Source: Peribolospora baueri (taxonomy: Eukaryota). Taken from it: DNA of 64,000 nucleotides. Below the pieces are notes generated by a model. That model saw nothing but the letters and a program-made list of their open reading frames with translations, made no database searches and was not told the DNA's origin. The number at the start of each line of letters is the position of its first letter. The first letter of the stretch is position 1. The position numbers and the translations under genes are program-made. Of the stretch, positions 1 through 12,874 are shown piece after piece. The stretch is from the NCBI GenBank assembly GCA_029717555.1, contig JAMDHS010000002.1, positions 248,001-312,000 on the forward strand, in the 5' to 3' direction.

Positions 1-949
1 GGTGCCTACCGTCAACGGGTGCGTTGGGTGTGGTAATGCCGTCCTCCCACAGACTCTCGGAAATTATATCTGTTTTATCGATCCAATGCCTCACCCTCCC
101 TGTCACTGACTCGCGCTCCAGTTACAAACGCCTGGTCCCTTCCTTCTGGGCGCCCACGCAAGTTTCTTACGGCTACGACGACCGCACGTCGAGCGTGCGC
201 ATCATCTCCCCTCCCAGCTGCCCACCCGAGGCGACGAGGTTCGAGATCCGATTACCAGGCGCCGATGTGGGTTTGTCGGTCTAACCTGGCTCAGGCTCGG
301 GGGCCAGCTGTAGACGACTGTAGGCTTGGCTCTGGTCTGACAACTTTTTCTCCCTTCACTCTCACCATCTCGGTACGCAGATGAACCCCTATTTCACCTT
401 CGCTTCCATCCTTGCCCTCGGCCTGCACGGCATCGAACAAAAGCTCCCTCTTCCCTTCTCCCCTCAGTCCGCCGAAGCCAAAAGGTCAGCAGACATAGGC
501 GCCAGTCTCGCTTCCGCTGATGGATCGGTGGACAGGAAGTTGCCGGCGAGCTTGGCCGAGGCTACGCAGGCTATGGCTGGGAAGGGCTCCTTGGCGAGGA
601 AGGCGCTTGGCGGTGAGTTGAGCGGTCGGCTGGTCTCGCCGTTTTTACTGGCCCTTCTTATGATACTGATGCTCTTTTCATTTTTTATCTAGACGCCTTC
701 ATCGACCACTACGCTGCAACAAGAGCTCACGAGGCGAAGCTGTACGCCGAGGCTGTCACCGACTGGTGAGTAGATGCCTGCCGTGTTCCTATCGCGCCGC
801 ACTCGGCGAGCTACCTTTATCGATCCCACTTTGCCCGTGTCGGGTTTGGAGCGCTCGTCTTTTGACATTGCGCCGCGCCGCCTTTGCTCTCTTTTGTTTT
901 TGTCCGACGCCGATGCAGGGAGATGGCCCGGTACTTCGAGCTTACCTGA
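1..949 (+). CDS. Glutamine synthetase-like (GS catalytic domain, GSI-like/FluG-type) protein, 3' part; 5' end lies outside the window
   Basis: Spliced exons give VPTVNGYKRLVPSFWAP..YGYDDRTSSVRII..TRFEIRLPGADMNPYF..LALGLHGIE..LPASLAEA..FIDHYAATRAHE..VTDWEMARYFELT*. These are GS C-terminal motifs. Introns are GT-AG; stop TGA at 947-949. Confidence 0.88.
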
Positions 950-2352
950 CATGTAGATGGAGGATAAGATGGCGGCCCGGGACAAAGGGAATACGGTAGT
1001 CTTTCTGTACTCCTACTTGGTCCTATTTTCAGACCCGGGTTGGGACTTGTTTCGATCAAGGACACTGATCATATCCCTTGGAACGCGCGTGGAAGGAATT
1101 TGCAGTCATTCATGCTTATGGTCGATGTTTCGCGTATGATCACCGAAGGTCCGGTCGGGAGGAACTTGCCTTGGCCGAATGTTTGCCATCGACATCGTCA
1201 TTCAATTGCTGACAAGCATGCATAGATTACAACCCTTGGGTGACGAAAAAAAGCTGATTACTTCTTTCCCGGCTTCCACCGCTGAATTGCATATACTCAC
1301 TCTTCCCTCCTTGGCCCAGTCCTCCACCGGGACATGGACCGCATTCCGACGCTGGCCTTGCATCACGACCCGCGTTTCTTTGGTAAGACGTGAGCGTTGC
1401 GATTGGATCGAACTGAGTCGCCGCGACCGTCGTAGGGACGAGCACCCGTCTTCTACGCCAGCAAGATGCTGTTGGAGGAAGACCATCATTCGGATGGCAG
1501 CCCCTCGCTGGAGGTGTCCGAAGTCTCCACCTCGTTATGGAGGGTCGCTCCGTGCGGTTGCGTGATGACCGCAAGGTAGAGAGGTGAGTTAATTCACGCA
1601 CGTCCTTTGAGTGGGGATGGTGTCGTGATGATTGTAGTGGTATTTCAGACCGCTCGCCCACGCGAAGGGTACAGTCACCCCAACTCGTGGCGAGGATGGT
1701 GACCAATATCTTTCCAAAGTGCCTGAACACATAATTCCCCCCCCCCCTTCCTTCTGGGTTGTGTTCTCCCTCCTTCTTTAGTTTTGTGCCCAGTCTGACC
1801 TGACCTCCCCTTGGCACCCTTCTTCCCTTCTAGCTCATCTTCCGAGTGACAAAGGTGGACACCACGCTGCGCTTCCTTGTAGCCGCCTCCGCCTCCACGA
1901 ACGCCACCACGGGATCCTCCACCTCCACCACCTCTGGATCACACAAAACCACTCTTCCTCGTCCAGCTGCACCTGAATGGACTAGCCATGCACATCTGTT
2001 CCTCAGGCCCCTCTGTCTTGTAAGGAGGTCCAGCTGGCATTGCCGGCGGCCTTACGTCGAAGCAGACCAGGTAGATCTTGCGTCAGGATGGGGCCGGAGC
2101 AAGGCTAGGTCGTCCTTTCTAGCCACCGTCCGCGAGAGCCCTCACGGCGACCGTTCCGTCAACGGCTCAGACAAAGTTCAGCTTTGACCACGATGGATGG
2201 AGGGGCCGACGGCAATCAAGTTTGCACTGGCATCTCAATTTATCCCCACATCGACACCTTGAAGATTCACGACCAGATTGCTTTTAAGCACGCTACATGT
2301 TCAAAGAGTTGTAATCGCCTATGACGGCCAGTTACATGCCCAAGGAGCCCCT

Positions 2353-5300
2353 TCACGAGCCGCCCACAAACACCTGTGCATGAGCGGCATACACCGCCTT
2401 CCTGACGTCGAAATAACTCTGTCCCAAGTTCCCCTCTATCACAACCCTTCCCTTTCCGTCCTTCTTGACCGTCACTGCCTCCGTCTCCATTTCCTGCCCT
2501 TCTCCCTCGCCCGTCATCGTCGCAGCGGCACCGCAGACGAGCATGCCTTCGCCGGCGAACTCGGCCGGCACGCCAGACGTGGAGAGCGACTGGCGGAGAG
2601 AGGGGAGTTTGAGGTCGCCGATGAAGAGCGAGCGAGGAACCACCGACACGGAGGAGGAAGCCTGACGCGCGGAAGGAGTCCGACCGACGTCCGCGGGTGC
2701 AGGTGTAGGAGTCGCAGTCGGCGTGGAGCCGGCACCGATCCCCCCTTGGCCAGCTACCTGTGTGACGCCGTCTGCCGAGGCATCGACGGGAGGCGTAGCC
2801 GATTGATGTCGGTCGGATGGACCCCCGGTGTCGGAAGACAAGAGAGAAGAGCCGGAGGCGGAAAGCTCGAGCGTGGGTACGGTCGACTCTGCCGAGAAGC
2901 GGAGGCGACCGAGGATGTGGGAGACTTCATAGTCCTCGAACTGGAAGAAAAATGAAGTCGGTTGGGAAGAGACAGTGGCGGAGCGTAGAAGGACAAACGC
3001 ATCATAAGTGAACATCGGGCATTTAAACGATGGACACAATCTACTCTCACCGAAGACCACCTCAAGCCAGCCAAGAGGCCATCCCCAAGGGTGATGGCGA
3101 AGCTGTTGGTCAACTCGCCAATCCGAATTGGCCTCTCGAGCGCCGGCGCATACACCTCGCGTGTCATGGCGGAGATGGCGCTAAAGGCAGTGAAGATGTC
3201 CTGCACGGCGCGAGAGGAGCCGTTGACGAGGATCTGCGAAAGTATACAGGCAGAGCGGTCATCAGTCAGCTGATGAGTACGCTCCAAACACGATAGATGA
3301 AAGTGTGCCCTTCACCATTCGACGAGGGTTGATCTGCGGCACGATCGTCTTGACGGCCCGACCGTCGTTGAGGCCTTCCATGTCGATGTATGCCAGCTGA
3401 CAGACCACCTGTACTTGGACAGTCTCCGCGACGTACTTCGACGGCGGTTCAGGCGGGGGCTTCTTCTGATATATCGAAAGCAACGTTAGAGAGAAAGAGA
3501 GCGTTCGCGGACGCTCCAGACGGTCAACCAAACTTGTTTTCAAACGAGGGAGAAGGAACTGAGACGCGCTCACTTTTTCCTCCTCTTCCTTCCGCCTCCT
3601 CTTCTCCCTGCCCTCTTCGTCATCTCTCTCTTCTTCCATCTCTCTGCCCTTGCTGAGCCACCTCGCAACATCGATCTGCTCTCCGTAAGCGTCCACTCTC
3701 CTCTTACGCTCCACGAACGGGAACATGCGGAAACGCGTCATGGTGCCTCCAGAGGCGGACTTGAAGAATGAGGTCGTGTGCGAAGCGTTGCCCTTGAGGT
3801 AGATGTCGAACGACAACTGCGGGCCGTCGCCAGGCGCGCCGTCCGCAGAGCCCACCCCACCGCCTCGAACCACTTCGTCCATGTTACCGGCTCCGAAACC
3901 GCGCTTCCTGCCGCTCCCGCCCCCGCCGGGCTCGAGCATGACCTGATCACGTTGACCGCTGGGCAAAGCCCCTTCAACCTCGTTTGCCTCGGTCTCACTA
4001 TCGCTCTCGTCCGAATCGTCGTCATCTCCTTCGTCCGCTTCCATCATTCGACGCGAACGAGCCAAGCGCGCCCTCTCGGCGGCTTCGCGCTCTTTCGCAT
4101 GCCGCTCTGCTTCCAGGAACGCCTCTAACTCCGCGCCTTGCAGAGGTACCTTGCTTCGCATCTGTAGCGTTGGTCGATAACGATGGTCAAATGCGCCGAA
4201 CGAGAATCGTTCATCAGAGACGCCACTCGAGGAGACGCTAAGCAGGGTCGCCAGAAAAATAACGGATACTGCAGAACGTCGGACCCAGTCCTCACCTCCA
4301 ACCGAACCGTCTCATCCAACTTGACTGTCTTGCCCACTTTGCCCTTCCCCCACTTCTCCGCCTCCTCCTGACGCTCGTTCCACTTCGCAAACAGCCACCT
4401 TCCCAAACTGCCAGCTTCGGCACGACTGGTGAGGACGACGACGTCGTTCGGCGACTGGGCGAAGCGGAGGAGGAGACGGCGGGAGGGACCGTGGGAAAGG
4501 GTGGGGGGGACGGCCAGAATGAGTTTAGGTCGGTTGGCGGGGATAGCTTCGTCAAGAGCTTCGACGGTTGGGAAGATCTTGAGATGCCTGCAAATGGAGA
4601 TGCGCACGAGAAAGAACGCAAACGCCCTCAGCGGCGACTCGATGGCACGTCCGCCACCGCCGTGCCGGCCACTCCCTGCGATGTAGGTGCATGTAATGCA
4701 ACGTACCTGAACTCGAGCGGACTGGCAAACACAGGGCCACGATCTCTCTTCCTCTTCGACCCAGCCCCACCGCCCGTGTTGCCCTCCAAGGCGGCATTCT
4801 CCTCCCTCGCCACAGCCCCACCAAACCACTCCATCAAGCTGCGCGCGTACGTGATAAGTTCCTTGCCCGTTCGGCTCACGAGGCAGAGCGGATAGCGAGC
4901 ATGGGAGTGCGAGGAGCGGTGGTCGTTGGATGTGAAGGAGAAGGACCAGTGTTGGTCCAAGAGGACGAGGAGCTCGAGGAGACGCGTGGAGGGATCGACG
5001 GGGAGGAGGAGCGAGTGGCCAGACTGGAGGGTAGATGAGACGAGACCTGCATGGATGGCGAGCAAGGCGAGACGCAATGAGATGAGATTCGCGCCCTTGA
5101 CTGCTGACTCGGGCTCAGAAGAGCAGAAACGCACCGAGCAGGGCCGCATCCCTATCCTTCCGTCTCGCATTGAGCACCAATGCCCTCTCAACATCGGTAA
5201 TGAGCAGATCCGGTCTCCTGACTGCCTCCAAGATTGTTCCTCCTCCAGCAGCGGCGCCCAGCGGCCCACCGCTGGCTCCGATGGTGGAGGAGGGACCCGA

Positions 5301-6491
5301 CGAGGAGCGAAGGATGGCGGTACCGTCGAGGTGACGTTCCCGGTTGTGGTTCCAGTCCACGGCGTAGAGGATCGTCCCGGAAGAGGGTGATCTGATCTTC
5401 CATACCGTGCCGCCGAGGGTGTGACCTGAAGAGTAGGCGGTGAGGGTCAGGCCCGCGCATTTGCCTGTGAGAAGCGAGGGAAACGGGTGTGAGCATTCAT
5501 GTGGCCCAGGCTGACGATCCGGTGCGTTCCATCCGAAGCTCCACTCGTGAACAAGGGTTTACCTTCGAGATGGGTTGGCTGCGAATACCTCAGGGTCGTG
5601 ATATCATCGAAAGCGGCGTGGATTTCCTTAGTCGAGACGACAAAACGGCCTAAACCGTGGCCCCCGTCTTCTTCTTCTTCCGTCTTCATGGCGGACGAGG
5701 CCTCTGCTCCGCTCGGAGCACCAGCCGGCTGCAGCATCTGTTTGTCCTTCGCATCAACGTCAATCTCCCTCCTCCAACTTTCCATGCTCTCCAGCACCGC
5801 TATACGACCCAGCGCCTGCACTGGCAGCGTGGCATAGACGGGGCATCGGAGCCCGAGACAGGCGTGAGCGTAGGGGAAGAAGCCGAGGTGGGAGAGAGAG
5901 GCATGGGAGAGAAGGACAAGATCGATCGAAGGGGCTAGTCTGGGCAGGTGTGCAGAAGAAGAGACAAGATGAGCGCCAGCAGAGAGGAAAGACAGGCGAA
6001 CGAGAGGTTTGTGCTCACTCTCTGAGCACCTCATGAAGCGGTCTAGTGATAGCCTGCACTTTCGTGGCAACCTTCGGCGTCTCACTCTCCTCCACCGCTT
6101 GCATTCCCGACTCGCTCACAGCCTTGCCCTTGCCCTTGCCCACGTCGACTCCGTCGAGCTTAGCCTGCTCGAAGACACCGTCGAACTCGAACACGTCCGG
6201 CGCTCCACAGTCTAGGAGGATTCGCACATCGTCGATCTCCAGAATATATGCAAGGGCTTTCGGCTTTTCCGTCGTAAACGGAGAGGACAAAGACGAGCCG
6301 CTGGGTACAGCCGCTTCGCCGCCGGCATCGCCGTCGATCAACTCCGCGCGGCCCCCCTCGACGAGCATGGCGCGCGATACGGCGTCGGACGCGGGAGTGA
6401 CGTCCGGCGGAGTGGCAGCAGCAGCAGCAGGGGACCCATCGGAGTCTGGCGCCGGGGCGTAGCTGCCCGACAGGGGGTTGAAAGTGATCAT
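2353..6491 (-). CDS. CFT2: Cleavage and polyadenylation specificity factor subunit 2 (CPSF100), multi-exon
   Basis: MITFNPLSG, AYILEIDDVRILLDCG, degenerate MBL motif LSHASLSHLG, SGHTLGGTVWKI, YAVDWNHNRERHLDG, RFRMFPFVERKRRVDAYGE, YIDMEGLNDGRAVKTI, C-terminal YFDVRKAVY. Confidence 0.95.
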
Positions 6492-6897
6492 GAGGGGAAC
6501 GATCTTCCTTGGCCCGTCCGCCGTCGTCGTCGACAGATGTTCGTTCCAGCCGGCGCGTGCACGAACGATCGCTGATGGCCTGGAGCCCGGCTGGACTAGG
6601 GTTACGTGCGCTGCGGCGGCCTGGGGGTCGTGGGAACCGGGAGGGTAGGGTTAAGAAGGCTGGCTGGGCGCCAGCAAGCGAGCGGGAGGGAGAGCCGGGC
6701 GTCGTCCGCTTGAGTCGGTCGTCGCCATCATCATCATCATCCATCCATCCTCCTCACTCACCCCGCCATCGCACACAGGAAGCTTCCAGAGCACCGTCTC
6801 ATCTCTCGTCCCCCTTCCTCTTTGTCCACTCCTCCTCCCTTCCTTTTGCTCTTTTCATCCCCGCTGTCTTCGTTTCGCCAGCCGCCGCTCTTCAGCC

Positions 6898-8051
<1,154 letters not shown>

Positions 8052-8622
8052 TGGAGGGCGGAGAAAGAAGTCGAGTCGTATCCCCTTTTACCCCTCTCCG
8101 TTCTTCTCCATTCCCGTCCCTCTCGTCGCAAGGTCCCGTCACGGAGAGTTCTGGTTTCGGGTCAACGTCGAAGCCCTCGCCATCCACCCATGCTGTCAAA
8201 ATCATCCGTCCTCTCGCCTCTTTACTTCCTCTCCTCCGCATCATACATCTCCAGTCCTCCCCACCCTCTCTTGAACCATTCGATTGGCCTTCGCAATCGA
8301 TTGAATTCGTTTTGATCGACGTCGGTCGGTTGTGGTAGCTAGGCTAGAAGGAGATCGGAGATGAATGCGTGCCCACGTTTCCTTTACGCCGTTCCACCGA
8401 GTTCCTCAGCATCGTCTGGTTCTTGTTCTCATCCTTGTCCCCTTTTATCTTTCTTCGCCTGCTGGCCTTGCCTCCGGTAGTCATTGCCATTTCCTTCGTC
8501 AGGCCTTTGAAGTATGGGGCAATCTTCTCTTCCTTCCCGGATCTCTTCTTCTTCTTTTCCTCTTCCATCCTCCTTTCCACCCACTCTAAACTTCTTCTTC
8601 TTCTTCCTTTTCCATTTCCCCT

Positions 8623-8998
8623 TTATGAATGAGCCGAATGAACGAGGAATGACCTGGCATGCAACGGAGGTTCGTATAGAAGCAAGGATGGCTTTTTTGC
8701 TTCTGCGTTCGAGGACGTGGAATGTGTTCGTTTCCTTTCGGTGGTCTTGCTTGGCCTGAGTCGGACAAGTCCTGACTGCCGCCTCTTCTTGTCTGCCTGG
8801 CCACTGCCTTGATCCTTCTTCTCTTCGGCGTCTTGTGTGAACGGGACAAGGTCCGCGAGTGTGGCCGTCGCCGGCCTTGACTCTCTGCCCACGTTTTTCT
8901 TTTTCAACACGCTCGATGGTGGTGTATACTCGACCGACATCGAGTCCCGTCTCGTCGGTCTCCTTTCCTGTCGTCGCCTCGCCTCGTCATCCGCCATG
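8623..8998 (-). CDS. Possible small basic hypothetical protein (MADDEARRRQERRP...)
   Basis: Hydrophilic, Lys/Arg-rich ORF with GCCATG-like start context (ATGGCG). No recognisable domain. Confidence 0.25.
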
Positions 8999-9284
8999 CT
9001 CTCTCTCTCTCTTCTCGGCGAGCATTCACTTGTCAAGCGCTCGCTCTCGAGCGGCTCTAACGCAGAGCTCTAGCCAGCCGGTCCTTGCGCATCCGACACG
9101 CGTGGTCTCGATGGCACGTTAAGGAGGGAAGCAAGCCTGAGCCCGGCCGGAAGGAAGGAGGGAAGGCGACGGCGGAACCAATCCGACCTACCGACCGACG
9201 ACGACGACGTCGATGGCGCCTCGCTCTCGCTCTCGCTCAAGCAGACACGAACGCACGCACGCAAGCACGTAAGCACGCGCCGCG

Positions 9285-9323
<39 letters not shown>

Positions 9324-9397
9324 AGATGGATGGATTGCAACGAACGAACGGCTGACCTGACCTGATCTGATCTGATCTGACCTGACCTGACCTGATG
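9285..9397. repeat. Compound microsatellite: (AAAG)n followed by (CTGAC/CTGAT)n
   Basis: Tandem units directly visible in intergenic DNA. Confidence 0.9.
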
Positions 9398-9789
9398 ATC
9401 CGCTTCTGTCGCCCCCTCTCGCCGGGGTGGGTGAAAGGAGATGGAGAAGGAGGACGTGTGTATGTACACACGTAAAGATGAGGTCTTCGTACCACCTGCA
9501 TGCAAGTAGGTAGCTAGGTATGGTATGTTCACGATCACGATCGAGGGAGGGGAGCGCGAGCGCGCCGCGCCTCCATGCAGTCCAGTCCAGTTCATTCATC
9601 GGCAACGCCCGACCCACTAGAGGCCTTTGGCGTCCCACCACGAAGCACGGCAAAGGACGGACGGCGATCGCACGCATCTCTGAATTTGCGTGATGGAACA
9701 AAGAAAGGACGATGGGATGCTACGAACAAAGAAAGGGGGGGCGGAACGGAACATACTATACTGGATATTGTACGAGAGGACGCCAAATC

Positions 9790-12585
9790 TCAATCAAGAT
9801 ACTCGCCCGCCTCAAACTTCTCCCTCGAATAAAACCTCGCGCCAACAGTCCTTCCTCCAAAATACCTCCCGTCCAGCTCCCGTACCGCCTTCCAAGCACC
9901 CACAAGACCGGAGAAGCGGACAAAGATGCGTACCTGTTCTTCCGGCTTGTCTGCGAGGTGAGACGGGAGGTAGGTAGGGTCGGGGAGTGGGTAGATGAAG
10001 ACGCGCTCGACGATGCCGTGCTTTGAGCATTCGTCGCCTGGTGCCAATGAAGGACGGAGAAGGGTGGACGTAGGTGCGTGAGCGACGGCGCCAAAAAAGA
10101 ACGACACTACAAGGGACAAAAAAGGAAACTCACCAATCTCGCCAGGCAAGTCATCATCCACCTCTCCTCTGCCCACCATATTCACAAGCAACACCACCTC
10201 GCTAGGCTCTCCAAACTTTCTCCTCTCTTCCTCCTGCCGACGATCCACATTGGTGTTTATGATCGTACCTCTCGCGCCGAGCTTTCGCCCGCCGCCGCCG
10301 TCGTCGTCCAAGTCGGAAGACCTCGATCGGGACGAAGGGTTGCCGGCACCAGCACCGGCAGACTTGGAAGCCTGCACGGTGAGCGGTTGGAGGATGCCGG
10401 TACCCTGAGCGCCCAGTCCCTGGCCTTTCTTGTAGCCATACTTTGCCATCAGCCGGGCTGCGAAACCGGCTGGGTCGGGCCTATGCGACGAAAGGAAGCC
10501 GAGAAATGCCAGTGAGGCCGAGCGAGCGAGCGAGCGAAAACGAGGAAATGCAAAGAACACGCACCTATGCTCTCCTCGATCGGGACCGTTGGACGAGGAC
10601 GCCGGCTGCGACGGACTCGCCCTTCCCTCTTCTTCTCCTCCGGCAGGCGACAACGTTCCGGTCGCCGCAAAGCCAGAGCCAGAGGCAGCGCCTACGACGC
10701 CTGGCGCCGCTTTGGCCAACCGAGCGGCAATGGCTTGTGCGACGCTCTGCCGGGATGCGAAATCCATCGATGAAGGGGCTTGTGTGCCCACATCCGACGC
10801 CACCGCGGCCGCCGTTGTGGTCATCGTTTCCGGTGTAGGATCCGGTGTAGAATGAGATACGACGCCAGGAGGGAAGGATGGAGGGAGCGGGAATGGCGGA
10901 GGTGATGACTCGCCTGACGGAGGTAAGGGAGGGGGAGGCGGGGTGGGCGACGCTTGACCCGGTGCGGGCGAACGGACTCCGGCTCCCACTCCTCCGGGCG
11001 CACCGCCGGCTGCTTGGGACATGGCCAATCGACGGAGGTACGCGTCTTCGCCGGTCGCAGTGCTCGACATGGCGAGTCTACGCTGGTAGGCCTCCTCGCC
11101 GGACGCGGGGGAGGGGGCCGAAGGCGGCGGAGGGGCGAGGGCGGGGGCGGGGGCGGGGGCGGGGGCGTCGAAGCTGAGTCGAGGCGGCGGTGCGGTTGGG
11201 GGCATCTCGTACGAATCCGGAGGACGGAAGATGCGGCCTGGAGAGGGAGAGAGAGAGAGAGAGAGAAGGGACGGGTTGAAACTGGTTAAGCCGGGCAAAC
11301 CGACGGTCAGGCGAGCAAGGACAAGGACGTGCGCTCACCCATCTTGGCCACCCCGGGCCGGTCGTCATCGCCACTATCGCTGCGATGTTGATAAGGCTCC
11401 TCCTCGCTACCGTCGCTGCCGTCCTCCTCCGCCGTCGCACCGGGACGCCTATGGGCGCCCATGCGCAGCACCTCCTCCCGTCTCCGACGGCGCTCCTTTA
11501 CCATTTCCTTATACGTACTGTAGTCGTTCGGCACGCGCGGGTCGTAGTCCGCGTCCATGTTGGGACCTTTCGGAGAGGCGGCGCGCTTACGCTTTGATTT
11601 TTTCTGGACGTCGGAAGACGACAAGGAGACAGGGTAGGGCTGAGCGTCGATATGATTGGAACTTCCGGCCTCATATGCGACGGCCTGCCTACCTTTTTCT
11701 TAGCCTTGTTCCCCGCGGCGGTCATGGCGAACCCGTTGACGTCGTCGTCGTCGTCAAAAAGCTGCCTACCTCTATCGCCATCGCCCTGGCCCTGGCCCGC
11801 CTCTGCCGCTTCCTCGATCCGTTTGGCGCGAGCGACGGCTCCGGGACTGGGAGGCATGGTGGTGGGCGGCGGGGCGAGGACGGGGCCGGGCTTCCAGCGG
11901 GAGAGCGCGGAGGTGTCGGTGCCGAGCGCTTTGAGGGGCGGAGTGGATCTGGCGGCGGTAGATGAGCCGGGGCGAGGAGCGACGGAGGGCGAGAGGGAAT
12001 GGGTGGCGGAAGCGCTTCGTACAGCGGGCGATGCGGAGGTGCTGGCGCTCGCAGCCGCTCCGCTCGCCGGCTCGTCGTGGCCCGCTGGTGAGACAGAGCG
12101 GGAGACGACGGGGGCGAGACGGGGACCTATGGCCCTGGGCGTGCTGGCCGAAGCGAGACCAGCGGGAGACGAGGCAGAGAGATGGTCGGAGGCGGAGGAG
12201 AAGCCGACGGGCACGGAGGGTCGAGGCTTGGGGCGTGCTGTGGACGCCGACTTGCGTGGAGCAAAGCGAAGGGCGGCGGACCATACTTTGGGGAGGCGAG
12301 AACGCCGTGGTCAGCGGAGCGGGGATGCGTGTTTCATGAGAGAATCACGACAAGAGAGGGTGGGTGGTGAGCGATCGTCTGCGGCGCAAGCATGGGCGGG
12401 CGGGGGCGTGGGTGACTACCTGGTGCTTTATTACTGGTGCTCTCTCCATCCTTGGCGGAGGCCGCCTGTGCCTGTGCGCCGGGAGGTATCTTCGTTGGCG
12501 CTGGCGTTGGACCGTCGGAGGGCGGTTCGGAGTGGAAGTGGCCACCGTAGAGGGAGCCTGCGGACGTCTCTGGTCTGGGCGGCAT
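9790..12585 (-). CDS. SPF45: SPF45/RBM17-like splicing factor (SF45 motif, G-patch, C-terminal UHM/RRM), multi-exon
   Basis: N-terminal SLYGG and WSAALRFAP; YDPRVPNDYSTYK; SGEEAYQRRLAMS; G-patch FAARLMAKYGYKKGQGLG; UHM VVLLVNMVG..ECSKHG..IFVRF..AVRELDGRYFGGRTV. Confidence 0.9.
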
Positions 12586-12874
12586 GGGAAGGGACGAGGT
12601 GGGAGATGGAGGTGGACGACGGCGATCGACCGACCGATGTGTGTATGTGTGTGTGTTTCGCGGAAGTGGCGCCTGCGGCAAGACCGAAGATAGGGTTACG
12701 CAGGCGGCTGCGGCACGCCAGCTGCGGCGTATAGTGGCGGAGGGGCGTGCCGATGTGGTTGGTCGTCGGGAGTGGACTATTGGCCGAGACAGACAGCGAC
12801 GGACGGCCGAGCGGCGAGGACGAAGAGGGAGAAAACGTCAGCCAGTGCGAGGAGCAGCAGCAGCATCGGCCTAT

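Noticed and set aside
1340..1480. Faint resemblance of PTLALHHDP / PVFYASK to retrotransposon RT-RNase H
   Set aside because: No DAS catalytic motif, wrong spacing, and no LTRs or other pol domains.
5880..5930. Degenerate metallo-beta-lactamase motif (SHASLSHLG) in CFT2
   Set aside because: Expected: CPSF100 is the known inactive paralogue of CPSF73.
9285..9397. Short tandem repeats as a possible CRISPR-like array or telomeric repeat
   Set aside because: No unique spacers, eukaryotic context, not TTAGGG-like; simple microsatellites.
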